Shown one piece after another: positions 61,471 to 63,244 of a stretch of DNA of 63,244 nucleotides. A program made the translations under genes and the position numbers. Under the pieces are notes generated by a model that made no database searches, was not told the DNA's origin, and saw only the letters and a program-made list of their open reading frames with translations. Every line of letters begins with the position of its first letter. Within the stretch, counting starts at the first letter, position 1. Source of the stretch: Octopus bimaculoides (lineage: Eukaryota). Location of the stretch: contig NC_068982.1 in NCBI RefSeq assembly GCF_001194135.2, positions 175,892,591 to 175,955,834 on the forward strand, written 5' to 3'.

Positions 61471-61760
61471 TGCCAGGGAAAAAACAAAAAAATACAAAAA
61501 AACAAACCCGATCTGTTTTATATTAAAACTCACTTGAAATGAACCAAAGAGACAGACACAACACGATCTTTCGACCTGCTAGAAATATCAGCCAAATCTT
61601 TTACTCATAGAAATAAAGGACACGTTAGATTGTATTGTTCTAGATATTCGGTGATCAATGAATAAAAAAGACTAGTTGGCTATTGTAACGCCTTCAAGCA
61701 TAGATATCTGTCTACCCGATTAGCTTTGGTATGGAGCAAAACAATGACAAGAGCTAGCAT

Positions 61761-61926
61761 CATGCCCGTCGCTAAAGGCATTGTCTCTTCACTATTCAAT
61801 GATGCACCCTCTGGTTTACACAGTAAGACACATATTTCAAAACTCCACTTTAGCATTTATTACAAATTAGTGCCCACCCAGAATATTCTGGGGCACCCCG
61901 AGGCACCAAATTCTGGCGACGGGCCT
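61761..61926. mobile_element. Short MITE, homologue of 23486-23647
   Basis: TIRs CATGCCCGTCGCTA / CTGGCGACGGGCCTA; shared interior sequence. Confidence 0.75.
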
Positions 61927-61987
61927 ATTCTTTAACTCATGGACACCGTCGATGACAAATGAACACTAGTGATAATTACAAAATGAC

Positions 61988-62039
<52 letters not shown>

Positions 62040-62049
62040 ATATATTACA

Positions 62050-62870
62050 CGGACATAGGCGCAGGCGTGGCTGTGTGAAAAGAAGTTTACTTCCCAAGCG
62101 CACGGTTCCAGGTTCAGTCCCACTGTGTCCGACTAGAGTCTTGTGAGTGGATCTGGTAAACACAAACTAAAAAGAAGCTCTTCGCACACGCACACACACA
62201 CGCACACACACACGCACATGTTTTATTTTCTTTCTCTTAATAAAAGTAAAACAATTCATTATAAATGTAAAATACCATTCATTATGAAAAACACTATTTA
62301 AGCCATTGGCTTAATTGAATTATTTCCCTTAGCTGAGTTTCAATTCTTTTAAATACAAATAGCTGCTGGCCAAAAATTGTTCGAAACCATTTCTCTGGAT
62401 GTAAAGATCGAAATATCCGTTTATTACATAAAATGTTGGCACACTAAGAATTTTTGCCCTAGGTTTGTTGGGGGTTAAAACTCCGAGTGAGACAGTTAAC
62501 TTTCATTCGATAAACGCATTTAACCACCGTACTCATTATACTGAATTCTATATCAGATAACATTTGTTCTATTCTTTTTTACTCTTTTACCTGTTTCAGT
62601 CATTTGACTGCGGCCATGCCGGAGCACTGCTTTAAAAGGTTTTTCAGTCAAAGAAATCGATCTTAGGACGTGTTCATTTTAAGTCTAGCATTTATTCTAT
62701 CGGTCTCTTTTCCCGAGGTTTCTTCCAATTTCCGTTTACCTAATCCATTCACAAGGCTTTAATCGGACCTAGGCCATAGTAGAAGACACTCGCTTAAGGT
62801 GTCACGCAGTGGGACTAAACCCGGAACCATGTGGTTGGGGAGCAAGCTTCTTACTACACAGCCACGCTAT
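62050..62870. mobile_element. Two family A SINE fragments (62050-62190 +, 62575-62870 -)
   Basis: GGCGCAGGCGTGGCTGTGTG...GGTTCAGTCCCACTG and CTGTTTCAGTCATTTGACTGCGGCCATG...CTTCTTACTACACAGCCACGC. Confidence 0.85.
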
Positions 62871-63204
62871 GTAGAATATATTTCTACATACTTTGCATCT
62901 CTCACATTACTACACACACACTGCATACAAAATTGTTATGTACACTTTTCATTTAAATATAAACAATAACGTCTACTATGGAATAGAACAAAAATATTCA
63001 TAGCACTTCTGCAATCAGGTCATGGACACAATTACACTGTAGATAAGGTTGATGGCACTATAAAGAAGCAAACGAAAAGTGAAGGTAACAATAATTGCAT
63101 GTTCCGATAGCTATCGTGACTTGTCTGCGATATGTGATATATGCATGCAGACATCCATATATGCATACATTCGTAGACAGACAGACAGACACACACACAC
63201 ACAC

Positions 63205-63244
<40 letters not shown>

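Overview
Eukaryotic, AT-rich, microsatellite-dense genomic DNA with about 20 assembly gaps. The SINE families resemble those of octopus/coleoid cephalopods (inference from memory, not a database hit). I found no confidently identifiable host gene, so this is either intergenic DNA or the inside of a large intron. Most supplied ORFs come from microsatellites, N-runs or decayed transposons. Recognisable content: dozens of tRNA-derived SINE copies in at least five modular families; hAT- and mariner-type MITEs, several with exact TSDs and nested inside SINEs; a decayed DD37D (maT) transposase; and fragments of L1/Tx1, R4/Dong, CR1/L2-group, RTE and Penelope retroelements. The most interesting signal is a set of minimal type-I hammerhead ribozyme (HHR) motifs in two non-coding mobile units. 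(1) A 604-bp fold-back (34044-34647) has ~91% identical arms, each carrying an HHR fold with a U3/A8 core in place of C3/G8. (2) A 323-bp element (39419-39741), flanked by a 6-bp direct repeat, joins a tRNA-like Pol III head, an (AAT)n linker and an HHR-bearing tail, i.e. a candidate ribozyme-SINE. A Penelope RT relic (52985-53430) shows that a plausible mobiliser class exists in this genome. Coordinates were read by eye; ends of degenerate repeats are approximate.
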